Positions 12,231-23,647 are shown, numbered from the whole stretch's first letter. The stretch: DNA of 63,093 nt, filler included, from Globobulimina sp. (GCA_003354225.1; 51 parts of 51 records of this genome joined end to end with filler, not necessarily neighbours in it), one strand, 5' to 3'. The notes: generated from the letters alone by a model not told the origin. A program made the numbers and translations.

Positions 12231-12402
12231 TTTTGCGAGTTATAATAATTTAATCAGTGTACTTTGGACTATGCTTTGTTTGCTCTATTTTTAGATTGTT
12301 NNNNNNNNNNNNNNNNNNNNNNNNNNNNNNNNNNNNNNNNNNNNTTAATTAATTAANNNNNNNNNNNNNNNNNNNNNNNNNNNNNNNNNNNNNNNNNNNN
12401 TT

Positions 12403-13403
12403 TTAAAAGCAAGTAATTGCAAATTAATCAGTAAAATCCAGCAGTTACAACTACAAAATCAGCAACAAGGAAATGAAAATTTATTATTAAGGGAGCTACA
12501 AAAAGAACAGCAACAAAAACAGCAGCAACAAAACAATGAAATCCAGCAATTACAATGCAAAAATCAAGAAATTGAGCAAGAAAATATATCATTAAAACAA
12601 AGCAATTTTATATTAGAAACACAGATTAATTTACAACCGGTACTTGCATCCCATTATTCCCATAACAATCGGTTTCACCAATATCAATATATGATAATAT
12701 ATCCAATTCAAATAACAATGAAGTAAATTATAATGGAACAGAGTCAGAGGATGAAGATGAAGATGACAATGAATTTATTGATTATTGTTGTTCAAACCTG
12801 TCAACTATTTCCGATGAACATTTCATTAAATTATTTGAAGAGAAATATAAATGTTTATTGGATAAAAAGCAACGAAAAAAAGCGCGTAAAGAGCGTGATC
12901 ATCGATTATCGGATCATATTGAAAAATATCCTCCGATAGAATGTGCATTAGAAAGATCGAACACGTTCTCAGTTTTCCAGCCTCGGATAGCAACGTTGTG
13001 GAAAAAAATTAGAAAGGAAAAGCAAGAGTTATTTGTTGATATTATACTCGAAAGATGCAATTTAAATAAAATTAGTGCAGAGTTACTGGTGTATTTAATT
13101 GAAGAATGCGGAAATGTTTTGAAAAGAAAACCAATGCGAATGGAAGAATTAAAAACAATAAGAAAACGTGAAATGCTCCAAATCACACAGATGGCATATG
13201 ATGATAAACAAAACTTATTTGCTCAGCATAGAAATAGATATGAAATATTGTTGGATGCACGTTGTGATGAAGCAGAAAAAAAACAGTTCGTAGAAGAACG
13301 ACTGAAAAAAGATTGGTTAAAAATTTTACAGGAAAAGCGAAAATCTGATAAACAAATTACAGATGATTGGGATAAAAAAAATCGTAATTTTTATAATTTA
13401 TAA
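12403..13403 (+). pseudogene. Frameshifted coiled-coil/helical hypothetical gene
   Basis: A Gln-rich frame from 12403 stops near 12724; a second frame is open from 12666 to 13403; no suitable intron found. Confidence 0.35.
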
Positions 13404-13641
13404 TTATTTAATTTAATTTCCATTTTTCCGGCCCTGGCCGGGTTAATTTTCCATTTATTTAATTATTTTCTTTTTTCTATTTTTGAGTAGTTCTTATTTC
13501 TTAGTGTGAACTTACTGTTTTTGACTAATTAATTTACAAANNNNNNNNNNNNNNNNNNNNNNNNNNNNNNNNNNNNNNNNNNNNTTAATTAATTAANNNN
13601 NNNNNNNNNNNNNNNNNNNNNNNNNNNNNNNNNNNNNNNNA

Positions 13642-14004
13642 GATGCAATGAAAGAAGCTGTACTACTGGGAAAAGCTCATATCAATAAAGAAGCATGTTT
13701 AGCACATAAGGGAAGAGGATTTAATGGTATTTCCCGAGGTAAAGACTTTAAAGGTATTTATAAGTCACCAAATAGTAAACATGAATTCGCCACTCCTTTA
13801 AAGGATGAGGTGTTCAACAGAGAGATATGTAATTTATGTATCACCGAATGTCCCATAGGTGAATCCGCTATTGTATTTGATGGTAGGAATAGTGCGGGAA
13901 ATATGCTGCCAAAAGTACTTACTGGATGCACCGGCTGCGGTGTTTGTGTTATGGTTTGTCCCACAGATAAACCCAGTATCATTGTTGAACCCTTTATATC
14001 ATAG
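13642..14004 (+). CDS. nosG: Bacterial 4Fe-4S ferredoxin-type protein, NosG/NapG/MauM family, C-terminal part
   Basis: CLAHKGRGFNGISRGKDFKG, CNLCITECP, CTGCGVCVMVCP; the GFxGxxRGxDFKG insert resembles clade II NosG as I recall it. Confidence 0.65.
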   Translation, partial: DAMKEAVLLGKAHINKEACLAHKGRGFNGISRGKDFKGIYKSPNSKHEFATPLKDEVFNREICNLCITECPIGESAIVFDGRNSAGNMLPKVLTGCTGCGVCVMVCPTDKPSIIVEPFIS

Positions 14005-14009
14005 TTATT

Positions 14010-14780
14010 ATGTTCGATTTTATAAAATCCGGTAAGAATAAACCTCCCCTTACACCGAAGCATATAGCTGACATGCCTCACACTGCATTGGGTATGGATT
14101 ATAAAAAATGGTGTGATTCACAGAAATCATCTCATAAATTGAGAAATATCAGGTGGACTGTACTAATTATAATGAATTTATTTTTTGTAGTTTCGTTTGT
14201 GTTTGATATCGCCATTCTAAAAGGATCATTAAGCGGATCAAAGTTAATTGGATTTTATTTTATGGAGCCATTTAATGCATTACAGGTATTGGCAATATCT
14301 TCTACTACGGGTTACATATCCATGCTTACTTTAAACTTTTGGATTGGGTTATTGACTATAATTTTGTTTTGGTTCATATTGGGTGGTCGCACATATTGTT
14401 CATGGTTGTGCCCATATCATTTATTAGCAGAATTCGCTGAATATCTTCATAACTACTTTGTTGAGAAGGGAAAAATTAAAGAACATATTTTTCAGAGATC
14501 ACTTCGATACGTATTTTGGTTTGGGTTCTTAATACTTGCGTTTATTACGCAAAACCTTGTCTTCGAAAATTTGAACATGGTAGGAATAGTTTCTCGTGCA
14601 ATGATATACGGACCTGGACTAGTGTTACTATGGGTAATAGCAGTATTAATATTTGAAGTTGTTTATAGTAAGCGTTTTTGGTGCAGATATGTATGCCCCA
14701 TAGGAACTACATGGGGTATGGTTGGGAAATTCTCACCTTTATCGATAAAATTTGAGTTTAGTAACTGTGCATATTGCCGC
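14010..14780 (+). CDS. nosH: Bacterial membrane Fe-S quinol dehydrogenase subunit, NosH/NapH/MauN family
   Basis: GGRTYCSWLCPYHLLAE, SRAMIYGPGL, RFWCRYVCPIG; starts 5 bp after the upstream stop; family is secure, nos versus nap less so. Confidence 0.7.
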
Positions 14781-15133
14781 NNNNNNNNNNNNNNNNNNNN
14801 NNNNNNNNNNNNNNNNNNNNNNNNTTAATTAATTAANNNNNNNNNNNNNNNNNNNNNNNNNNNNNNNNNNNNNNNNNNNNGGAGATGGCATATAATTAAA
14901 AATACCTAGTAAAACTTTCTGCTTAATTAGACATATGCGCATGAAGCAGGCAGCCACTGACTGAGCGATCAAAACGAGATGAGAATTTTTGGGTTTAAAA
15001 TTAGCGAAAATTCAAGCAAAATATACTTTTACCCAGTTTTTTACTTTACTTCAGATTTTGAAAACTCTCGTTCCCAAACCAAATAATAGTGTGCATGATT
15101 GCATGCATGTAATGGGATATTTAAACATTTCAG

Positions 15134-15616
15134 AACCTCGTTCCTGACGATCAATACCTGTATATTGGTGGACATAGAAGTTCTGGTTACTGGGAATGGC
15201 ATTCTGGTCCAAAACATTGGAGATGGGTGTCTAATTTGGTAAACAAAGTTCCATGGGATAAGGATGAACCAGACAGAAGTCCCGGAGAGTATGCTGCTGT
15301 TTTTCGTACATCAATTAACCCTGTTTTACACGATTCAGCTCCTGCGCGAGATTTCAATTATATATGCCAATACGAAGACTCCGAAATGTGTTTTGAATTG
15401 GTCAAACAAAGCCACAAAGGCAGTGATGTAGCTGTAGCTGAAACAACCCATCATGCGGATCACATAGCATGTGCTAAGTATTGTATGAGAATACCAGTAT
15501 GTCAAAGTTTCGCTTACAACCTTAACACCAATGAATGCATTCTCTATCAGTACATGAGCAAAGATATGGAGCCATTGCAAGGTGCACCAGGTTTCATTTT
15601 GTATCAGAAGCTGTGA
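15134..15616 (+). CDS. Terminal exon encoding a C-type lectin C-terminal half plus a PAN/apple domain (animal-like)
   Basis: TTTCAG acceptor at 15133; YIGG...WEW...WDKDEPD...HD...NYICQ, then CAKYC...CQSFAYN...CILY. Confidence 0.7.
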   Translation, partial: NLVPDDQYLYIGGHRSSGYWEWHSGPKHWRWVSNLVNKVPWDKDEPDRSPGEYAAVFRTSINPVLHDSAPARDFNYICQYEDSEMCFELVKQSHKGSDVAVAETTHHADHIACAKYCMRIPVCQSFAYNLNTNECILYQYMSKDMEPLQGAPGFILYQKL

Positions 15617-15652
15617 TAGATAAACCTTTGACTTCACATCATAGAATGAATT

Positions 15653-15833
15653 ACAAATATTATAGGGTTCATATAAATACCTTATCATTGTTATAACATA
15701 ACATTTATTATTTATAACATAACAAATATTATAAGGGTTGATATAAATACCTTATCATTGTTATAACATAACATTTATTATTTATAACATAACAAATATT
15801 ATAAGGGTTCATATAAATACCTTATCATTGTTA
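15653..15833. repeat. Minisatellite, 69-70 bp unit, about 2.6 copies
   Basis: Unit ACAAATATTATAAGGGTT..ATAACATA recurs at 15653, 15722 and 15792. Confidence 0.9.
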
Positions 15834-16120
15834 AACATTTATAATCATTTTGGAAAGACCAAATAATGGTACTGTCGATTAAATAAGTTTTGAACACATT
15901 GAACAAAATAAAATGATGACACAACACATCCCTGGCAAGCTGTCGACATCCAGCGCCCCTTCAGTTGTTTGATCGAAATCAATGTCAATGACAAGAACCG
16001 AATTGCATGCATAATGTCGANNNNNNNNNNNNNNNNNNNNNNNNNNNNNNNNNNNNNNNNNNNNTTAATTAATTAANNNNNNNNNNNNNNNNNNNNNNNN
16101 NNNNNNNNNNNNNNNNNNNN

Positions 16121-16328
16121 AACCAGGTAATAATTTTATTAAAGTACCGCCCTCATTATCTGAATTGGCTATATCGGCAGCTTTAAACAACGATTGAACA
16201 GGAAGTTCTTTGGTGCCAATATTAATATCTTTCCCATTAATAGCATCAACATAAATAGTTTGCGCGCTAATGCTTACATTTAATAACATGAAAGCACCTA
16301 AAATCAATATCATCATTTTTCTCTTCAT
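16121..16328 (-). CDS. Bacteroidota-type secreted beta-helix (pectin lyase-like) protein, N-terminus
   Basis: Signal peptide ending SA-Q, then TIYVDAINGKDINIGTKELPVQSL..A...IKLLPG. Confidence 0.7.
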
Positions 16329-16479
16329 AATTTACACTTTTTATTAATGATTAGTGTTTCTTTATACAAATGTGAATTAATAATGCTTTCATCACCGTTT
16401 AAAATACGTTCAAAACTCGTTTATTTTAAACTATTTTTAATTAATTTGTATCAATAAGATGTGTAAATGATGAATAACA

Positions 16480-17260
16480 ATGAATCAAACAAATGAATTG
16501 CATTTTTTTAATGAATGTAAAAATCAAGTTGAAAATAAACTGAATTGGGCAGATAGTATTGATTGGAAACAGCGTGATTTTGAGTATCTAACAGAGCTGA
16601 TTTTTGATAAATCGAAAATAAAACTAAGCCTTTCAACCCTAAAACGAATTTGGGACAAAGATTTTCATGGCTCACCTCAATTAAATACACTAAACGCTTT
16701 AACTATTTTTTTGGGCTATAAAAACTGGAATGATTATAGGCTCTCCAACGATCATCTGCGCTCAAATAACCCCACCTCCAAATTAATAGAAAACGATAAT
16801 TTGAGTAATGACTTCAAAAAAAAGAATAAAAATCTAACATGGTTTTCTATTTCACTCATCGTTATAATTAGTATAGTTCTTCTACTTTTTTACCAAAACA
16901 CAAATCTTACTAATGTAAATACAGAACAAATTATTGACACAAGCTTAGTGAAGTTTATGAGTAAAACAACTGTTATGAACGGAGCTCCTAATTCAGTAAT
17001 ATTTAATTACGATATTTCTCAAATTAATTTCGACAGTGCATTTATACAGCAATCATGGGATAAAAGGAGGTGTGTGAAAGTGAAGAAAGAAGATAACTAT
17101 TATTCCAGCATGTATTATTTTCCTGGATATCATCGAGCAAAACTGATAGTAAATGACCAAATAGTTAAAGAACACCCAATTCATATCACAACAGACAAGT
17201 GGATGTGCTTGATTCAGAAGGATTTTGAAAATCCAGTTCCAATATACATTTCCGATGATG
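16480..17260 (+). CDS. Bacteroidota membrane-anchored protein (HTH-like N-terminus, TM, PKD-like domain)
   Basis: WKQRDFEYL...LSLSTLKRIW...TLNAL..FLGY..W, then a TM helix, then PNSVIFNYD..QQSWD..YYFPGYHRAKL. Confidence 0.65.
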
Positions 17261-17360
17261 NNNNNNNNNNNNNNNNNNNNNNNNNNNNNNNNNNNNNNNN
17301 NNNNTTAATTAATTAANNNNNNNNNNNNNNNNNNNNNNNNNNNNNNNNNNNNNNNNNNNN

Positions 17361-18276
17361 ATTTCAGATAAAGGTTTTCTTCGATTTTCTTAAGTTTGTT
17401 TTTATAATTTGAGTTTTCAATATTTTTGATCCATTCTTTCTTTTTATTCCGTTTATTTGACAATTTTTTCATCGATTTACGGTCGTTGTTAATGATAAAA
17501 TTCTGCGACAAATCCACAGAAATATAATCTTCAATTTTGAGCGCACTGTAACGATGTTCTAATAATTTACGATGATTTGCAATAATATTTACAAATAATT
17601 TTGATTGTTCACCTAAATCATTATCATTTTTTGTTATTTCATCTTTGAATTTTTCCGGACACCAACTGACATCCTTGAATTCTGTTGAAATGCCAGTTAA
17701 ATAACTGTCATAATTAGTAATTGTATCAGAAATAATGGATTTAATATCACTTTGTATTAATTCTAATGTTTGATCTTGAATATCTTTATATAATTTTAAC
17801 TCAATTTGCGCGTTTACCATATCTAATAAACGTACATTGTCATCAAATGTTTCTTGCGCGATTGGATGATGTAATTGTATTTTTCCAATAATCGATGTAG
17901 TAAACCAATGAATATTTTGTGCGCAATTTTCATAATTTTCTACATTTTGTAATAATTGCATTTCAATGTCGCGCTTTTTAATTTGTAATCTAATTTTAAT
18001 GATTTTAATATTAAGTTTTTTGATCACATTTAACGACGTAATAAATAAGCTATGTAATTTAAGCGATGATTCATTTAAAATGTCTTTTAATTCAGCGATA
18101 TTTGATGGTAATTTCACATTATTATTATCAATGTATAATTGATTCTCATCATTACCAAATTTCACACGTTTTGAGGGCGGCGAAGTATATTTTCTCTTTC
18201 TTGAAATTCTATTGTTATTATTTCTGTTTTGGGAAAGACGCTGATATTGCTTTGGCGATTTACCATTGCCAGACAT
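17361..18276 (-). CDS. Orphan coiled-coil protein with NLS-like segment, 3'-truncated
   Basis: About 305 open codons from MSGNGKSPK; contains RKRKYTSPPSKRVK. Confidence 0.5.
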
Positions 18277-19366
18277 GAATATATATCGGGTTACGCTAAT
18301 AATATAGACGTAGTTTTGATGTTGTACGCGAATACAACGGTGTATGATAAAACCGGTTATCAGAATGACAGGGACGGTTAATCTAAATATAAAAGGGAAA
18401 ATACAATGAAGTACAGTAGTGTTCCCGATAAGAGGTACGCATATTAGTACTAATATATATATATTAGTTACTAATATATTTATATTCTGGAGCACATGTC
18501 NNNNNNNNNNNNNNNNNNNNNNNNNNNNNNNNNNNNNNNNNNNNTTAATTAATTAANNNNNNNNNNNNNNNNNNNNNNNNNNNNNNNNNNNNNNNNNNNN
18601 CGATAAAGAAAATGGGGAAACAAATAAAATTAAAACAGATTGTGATTCATTGTGATCCCATTGACTTTGATCAAGGATTTAATTTAAAATATCAATTATT
18701 TAAACAGGAAAAGTGGATTATAAAAATAATTGAACCGTGGCAACTAATTTTATTTAAAAAACACACGAAAAAGTTGTAAAATTCATTTTTGTATTTTATG
18801 TGTTTTGGGTTATCATTCCTTACAAATAACGACCTCCTCTCTATTTTTTAATTATTTTTTATTTTTTTTGTTTTTTTTTGTATTTACTCCTTTCGGTTAT
18901 GTTGTGATTTGAATTTACAACTTATTATGTTTGTTGTTAATTTCATCGATGTTTTGTTTTAATTCAATTAAAATAAACATACATAATGAGTTGGTGTATA
19001 TAGCTAACGCTGATATTTAATTGTGTGGGCACTATATTTTTAAAATGTTTTAATATTTTGATTGATTGATTGCTGCAATTTATAATTTTATTGAGCTGTT
19101 TATTTGCAAACCTTTAGATATAATATCATATATTATATGATATCACTGCAGACACAACCATTGAGCTAATTTATTGTGGTGAGAGATTAACTCCAAAAAG
19201 TTGAAAATTAGCTCAATAGTTGCGGTGAATGGGTGGAAACAGAAACTGCGAAAGAAAACAAATCTTACAAACAACAAGGAGTACTAATATGATTTTTTTC
19301 AATTATTTTTTTATTTACTAAACAATACATATTACCGTCATGCATCTCCCAATGCCATTAATTTAA

Positions 19367-19738
19367 TTAACATATCAATTTAATGACATTCGTAAACTGT
19401 TGCTTACAAGTTGGGCATTCTCTGTTTGTCAACTTTTCAACACATTCCATATTACAACCTTCAATTACAACATTTTTTGGATTGTTTACGCATAAATACG
19501 TATTTTCATAATAATTATCCCTTGCTTTCTTCACTTTTTTCAAACTATTATTCAATTTATCTTCTAACAATGCCAAACGATCCAAATCCATTTTATTTAA
19601 TACATTTGCACAGCCATTCATTTTATCCAATTCTTTCTGCAACGCATCGACTTTTTCATTTAATTTAACTTCATTGTTACCATTATATACTTGTGTCTGT
19701 GTTAATGCATAGTCGATTCTCCTTTTCTTTTTTGGTGG
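19367..19738 (-). CDS. Coiled coil plus degenerate C-terminal C3HC4 (IAP-type) RING
   Basis: LCVNNPKNVVIEGCNMECVEKLTNRECPTCKQQFTNVIKL. Confidence 0.6.
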   Translation of the reverse strand, partial: PPKKKRRIDYALTQTQVYNGNNEVKLNEKVDALQKELDKMNGCANVLNKMDLDRLALLEDKLNNSLKKVKKARDNYYENTYLCVNNPKNVVIEGCNMECVEKLTNRECPTCKQQFTNVIKLIC

Positions 19739-19840
19739 AGNNNNNNNNNNNNNNNNNNNNNNNNNNNNNNNNNNNNNNNNNNNNTTAATTAATTAANNNN
19801 NNNNNNNNNNNNNNNNNNNNNNNNNNNNNNNNNNNNNNNN

Positions 19841-20699
19841 TCTCCTCAATTTCTCGAATATATCCATCAATTAATAACGAATAATATGTGCTTGCTTCCA
19901 TAGCTTTGGTTTCTCTTTGAATGTCATGCATTTTACAGGTCGTATTGTGATATTTCATTGTGTTTGGATAGCTCACTAAGGTGTTAATTGTATATTCTTT
20001 TATTTGTAATTTACCCGTTCCAATCTGTACATAATCGGCAAATGTTGGTGCTCGAACCATAGCTATTTCCATATCGTCCGCGTGCACTGCGGTTCTTATT
20101 GTTTTATCATTGTTGGCATCATTATCATTGCAGGCGTTTTCTTGCAAAACGTTTTCACAAATTTTGGTGTTGGATAACGGGACTACTGACAAACGAATGG
20201 TTGGTTGTTTGTTGGTGCTTTTCCGTTTAAGTAAAGCAATAAATGCATCGTCATTTTTTTTGACTGTAAATGGTGCAGTCGATAATTGATTTATTTTATG
20301 GATTGTCAATGACATTTTATGTTTAGTTTTGCATATATTGTATATTGTATTTATTATTTCTTTCTGGTGGTTTGCATCAAATGCTTCATATCGGTAATCA
20401 TATTCGGATGCAATATTGATTGTAAATTGTGAAGATAAACAGGATAATGTAATTGATAATAATTTTCTTAAATCAATACATCTTTGATGTACAATATCAT
20501 TGTCATTGTTAATTGTAATGATATTATGGTTGTTTTTGTTAGGTTTTATATTATAGATTGACTTATCCGTTAATAAAAATATTCGTTCTTGTTTCTTATC
20601 TCGTTTATTGATTTTGAAGATTTTAGTAGATAACACAACAGTTTCTTCTGATTTCCAGCCAGCAATACTACTCACATTCCAGTAATCCAAATTTGCCAT
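19841..20699 (-). CDS. Protein with an N-terminal myosin-I TH1 (PH-like) domain and no motor domain
   Basis: ETVVLSTKIFKINKRDKKQERIFLLTDKSIYNI...RCIDL..LLSITLS...EYDYRY starts about 17 residues after the ATG. Confidence 0.78.
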
Positions 20700-21586
20700 T
20701 TGAGTAAAAAACTTAAGTACACGGTTTTGTAAATAATTTAAACCATATCAAAAGTTTCAAATGCAGCTGAAATGCGCATGCAGAAATCGGAAATTCGGAG
20801 ATATTTCCATAATTACCTATTCTTGTTTAATTGATTCAAATTTGAAGTAAATAAACAAAATACAAAAATGCCTTTTTGCAGTCAATAGAGTTTTCCTATT
20901 TGACCTTGATTTTGCTCATGATCAACTTTTTTTAATCATTTGTGAATTGTTAGAGAAAAAGCTTAAGTAAATGTTCGTCTNNNNNNNNNNNNNNNNNNNN
21001 NNNNNNNNNNNNNNNNNNNNNNNNTTAATTAATTAANNNNNNNNNNNNNNNNNNNNNNNNNNNNNNNNNNNNNNNNNNNNGAAATCAGCAAGAATAATGG
21101 ATTTTGAAAAAAGTAGTAATGCCGAAAACTCCGAAAATGTTATTGATGATGGTAAATTTATGGAAATTGCCTTTGAAAACTGTTTCATTGCCCAACACTA
21201 AATTTATTTTCAGATGTAGATGAAATGCAGCATATGCTTTTCGGTGATCATCAAACAAGTACACCACTTAGACATGCATCTTCGACGTCAGTATTAAATA
21301 AATCTCCTATCATTACCGTCGATCTCACAATTGATAGTGCAAGCCCTGATCAACAGAGGTGATATTTTTGGCGATTTTTTTTGGCTTTGCCCCCCAAAAT
21401 GGCTAATCTGCTTGGGTCCCGAGCAGGTTCCACCAAGACCGGCCGACCAACCACAACTATGCACTTTATTCGGTACATACTATACATATTCTTTTACCAT
21501 AATAAACATATTTACTGTATACATATTACATACTATACTGTATACTGCGGATTTGATGGCAAATTGTAAACAATCGCATATTTCAG

Positions 21587-21853
21587 GGTCGATTCCCAGT
21601 GGGAACATTTGTAGCTCCAGAGGACATTGCAATTGCTCATGATGAAAGATTTTGGATTCCTGGACAAAAGCATTACTCGTCCCATACCAATACGCAGACA
21701 AGATTATGCCACGCTCGATACAGTTGTGTAACGAGCCGATATCCATATTTCTGGGCCCATTTGTTGAAAATCGATGACGAAGTCGTCCCAGACCTTACCC
21801 CCGAACATGAACGTCATTTGTGGGAACAGTTTGGTATACAACTACATACATGA
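21587..21853 (+). CDS. Possible last exon of a multi-exon hypothetical gene
   Basis: TTTCAG acceptor at 21586, frame open to TGA; another candidate GT..TTTTCAG intron ends near 21213. Confidence 0.3.
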   Translation, partial: GRFPVGTFVAPEDIAIAHDERFWIPGQKHYSSHTNTQTRLCHARYSCVTSRYPYFWAHLLKIDDEVVPDLTPEHERHLWEQFGIQLHT

Positions 21854-22171
21854 AAAATTGTTAAATCATTGTTTCTTTTTTATTATTTGTATTTACTTTT
21901 ATTGCATGTACATTGTACGCATTTTCTATTATATGTACTGTAGGTATATAGTACTTAAAAAACTGTTGTTTGGTTGGTGTTAAAACACATTTAAAATATT
22001 GTTTTGTCGTCTAATAATTTGTCGCGCAAATATGTTTTTATTTGTTGGTAATTGGTATGTGTTTCTTTTTCAAAAGTAAAATATCTTGTTGAGAAGAATT
22101 AAATTTGTTTACGTTAAGGTGGGCGTTCTTTAAACATTTATACGTTGCCTGGCGCCATTCTATTTAGCAGC

Positions 22172-22220
22172 CTGCCGCACTGCCGCATAGACTGCCGCAT
22201 ATAACTGCCGCACTGCCGCA
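22172..22220. repeat. Five copies of CTGCCGCA at the contig end
   Basis: Copies at 22172, 22180, 22192, 22205 and 22213. Confidence 0.85.
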
Positions 22221-22320
22221 NNNNNNNNNNNNNNNNNNNNNNNNNNNNNNNNNNNNNNNNNNNNTTAATTAATTAANNNNNNNNNNNNNNNNNNNNNNNN
22301 NNNNNNNNNNNNNNNNNNNN

Positions 22321-23088
22321 GTATATTTTCAAATGAATATTTTTTGTATTGATTGTATCCCATTTATTTGAAATAGCATTCATTAAATCATTCATTCTAT
22401 ACGGACTATTAACCCAACCAATAATTGCAGATCTTCGTTGGTTAATATTATTTATTGATAAATTTTTCTTATAAACCGGAGTATAAATCATAACACCTGC
22501 TTGTAGAACAGTTGTACCTTCTTGCTCAAGAACAACTTTTGTGGTCATTGCAGGAACATTAAAATCGCGGGAATGTATCATTGCTTTTTGCCTCATGGGC
22601 TCGGTGTAAGTGTCGTATCCAAAGGCTTTGGCATAACTCTGTTTAAATGGTTCCAAAAATTGGAGTGAAGTATACAATTCTCGTTCGCCAACTGGTCGAA
22701 TAGAGTAGTTATTGTATCCATTTAATTGCATGTGTATTACATGCTCCTTTAATTTTGTTTTAGGAACAATGTAATTATACCCAACAACCTGAAATCCAGG
22801 ATTATTGAAGACAATTTGACTGTTTTGAATAAAAAATGCAAAATCATCCCTTGTTACGGTATCAGAGACAGTTATGAATGATGCACAATTTTGCAAAAGT
22901 TGTACATGTGTATTTAGTCGTGTTTGTATCCTAGATTTTATATCATTACAAAACATTGAAAGTTCAGCTTTTTTGGCTATAACTATATGCCTACGTGTAT
23001 GATAAGTTGCCACCCCAGTTAATATAAAGCATCCAATAAGTATACAAAAAGTAATTAACAGATTTTTTGATTTTATATTAATTCTCAT
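22321..23088 (-). CDS. Bacterial CHASE-domain sensor (N-terminus of a histidine kinase or cyclase)
   Basis: TM helix, then PGFQVVGY...YSIRPVGERELYT...FLEPF...AFGYDTYTEPMRQKAM..SRD...GWVNSPYRMNDLM. Confidence 0.88.
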
Positions 23089-23306
23089 GTCCCCATTTCC
23101 TTTCAATAATTGTAATATTCTAAACAATACAATCCGCTATTCCAAATGTAACGTTTTTTTTGTAAAATTAGAAATCGTCATCAAGTTGCTTAACAAATCA
23201 CAGTGGTATTTCAAATGGTTACAAGCTTTTTTCTAATTCAATGTGCAGGTAAATGATTTGTTAAAAGGCTTTATGTTTTTTTCATGAACCTAGGATCGAA
23301 CAAATC

Positions 23307-23459
23307 TTATTCAGATAGTTTAGCCTGAAATCCCCAACCACCAAAATTTTCAGCAACTAATACCAGCAATTCATTGTCACCCTCTTTTAAGTTTAAATAA
23401 ACTGCATCATTATAGTTAATCCATCCACCAAATGCCATATTCCGACTCCTAAAAACATT
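23307..23459 (-). CDS. C-terminus of a bacterial (Bacteroidota-like) hypothetical protein
   Basis: Hand translation NVFRSRNMAFGGWINYNDAVYLNLKEGDNELLVLVAENFGGWGFQAKLSE*. Confidence 0.6.
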   Translation of the reverse strand, partial: NVFRSRNMAFGGWINYNDAVYLNLKEGDNELLVLVAENFGGWGFQAKLSE

Positions 23460-23647
23460 NNNNNNNNNNNNNNNNNNNNNNNNNNNNNNNNNNNNNNNNN
23501 NNNTTAATTAATTAANNNNNNNNNNNNNNNNNNNNNNNNNNNNNNNNNNNNNNNNNNNNTTTAACAGTCAAGTTCGGCGACTTTCCTTTAACAAACAAAC
23601 AATCAACAGTCGCATTAAACAATCAACAAAAGTATAAATCATTTAAT

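Noticed and set aside
13428-13441. CCGGCC-CT-GGCCGG hairpin as a Helitron 3' end or terminator
   Set aside because: Only a 6-bp stem, with no CTRR terminus at the expected distance
15653-15833. CRISPR array
   Set aside because: Contiguous near-identical 70-bp units with no unique spacers, in a eukaryotic context
16329-16479. Bacteroidota -7 promoter boxes
   Set aside because: Only imperfect matches to TAnnTTTG (TTAATTTG, CACATTTG) in AT-rich DNA; too weak to call
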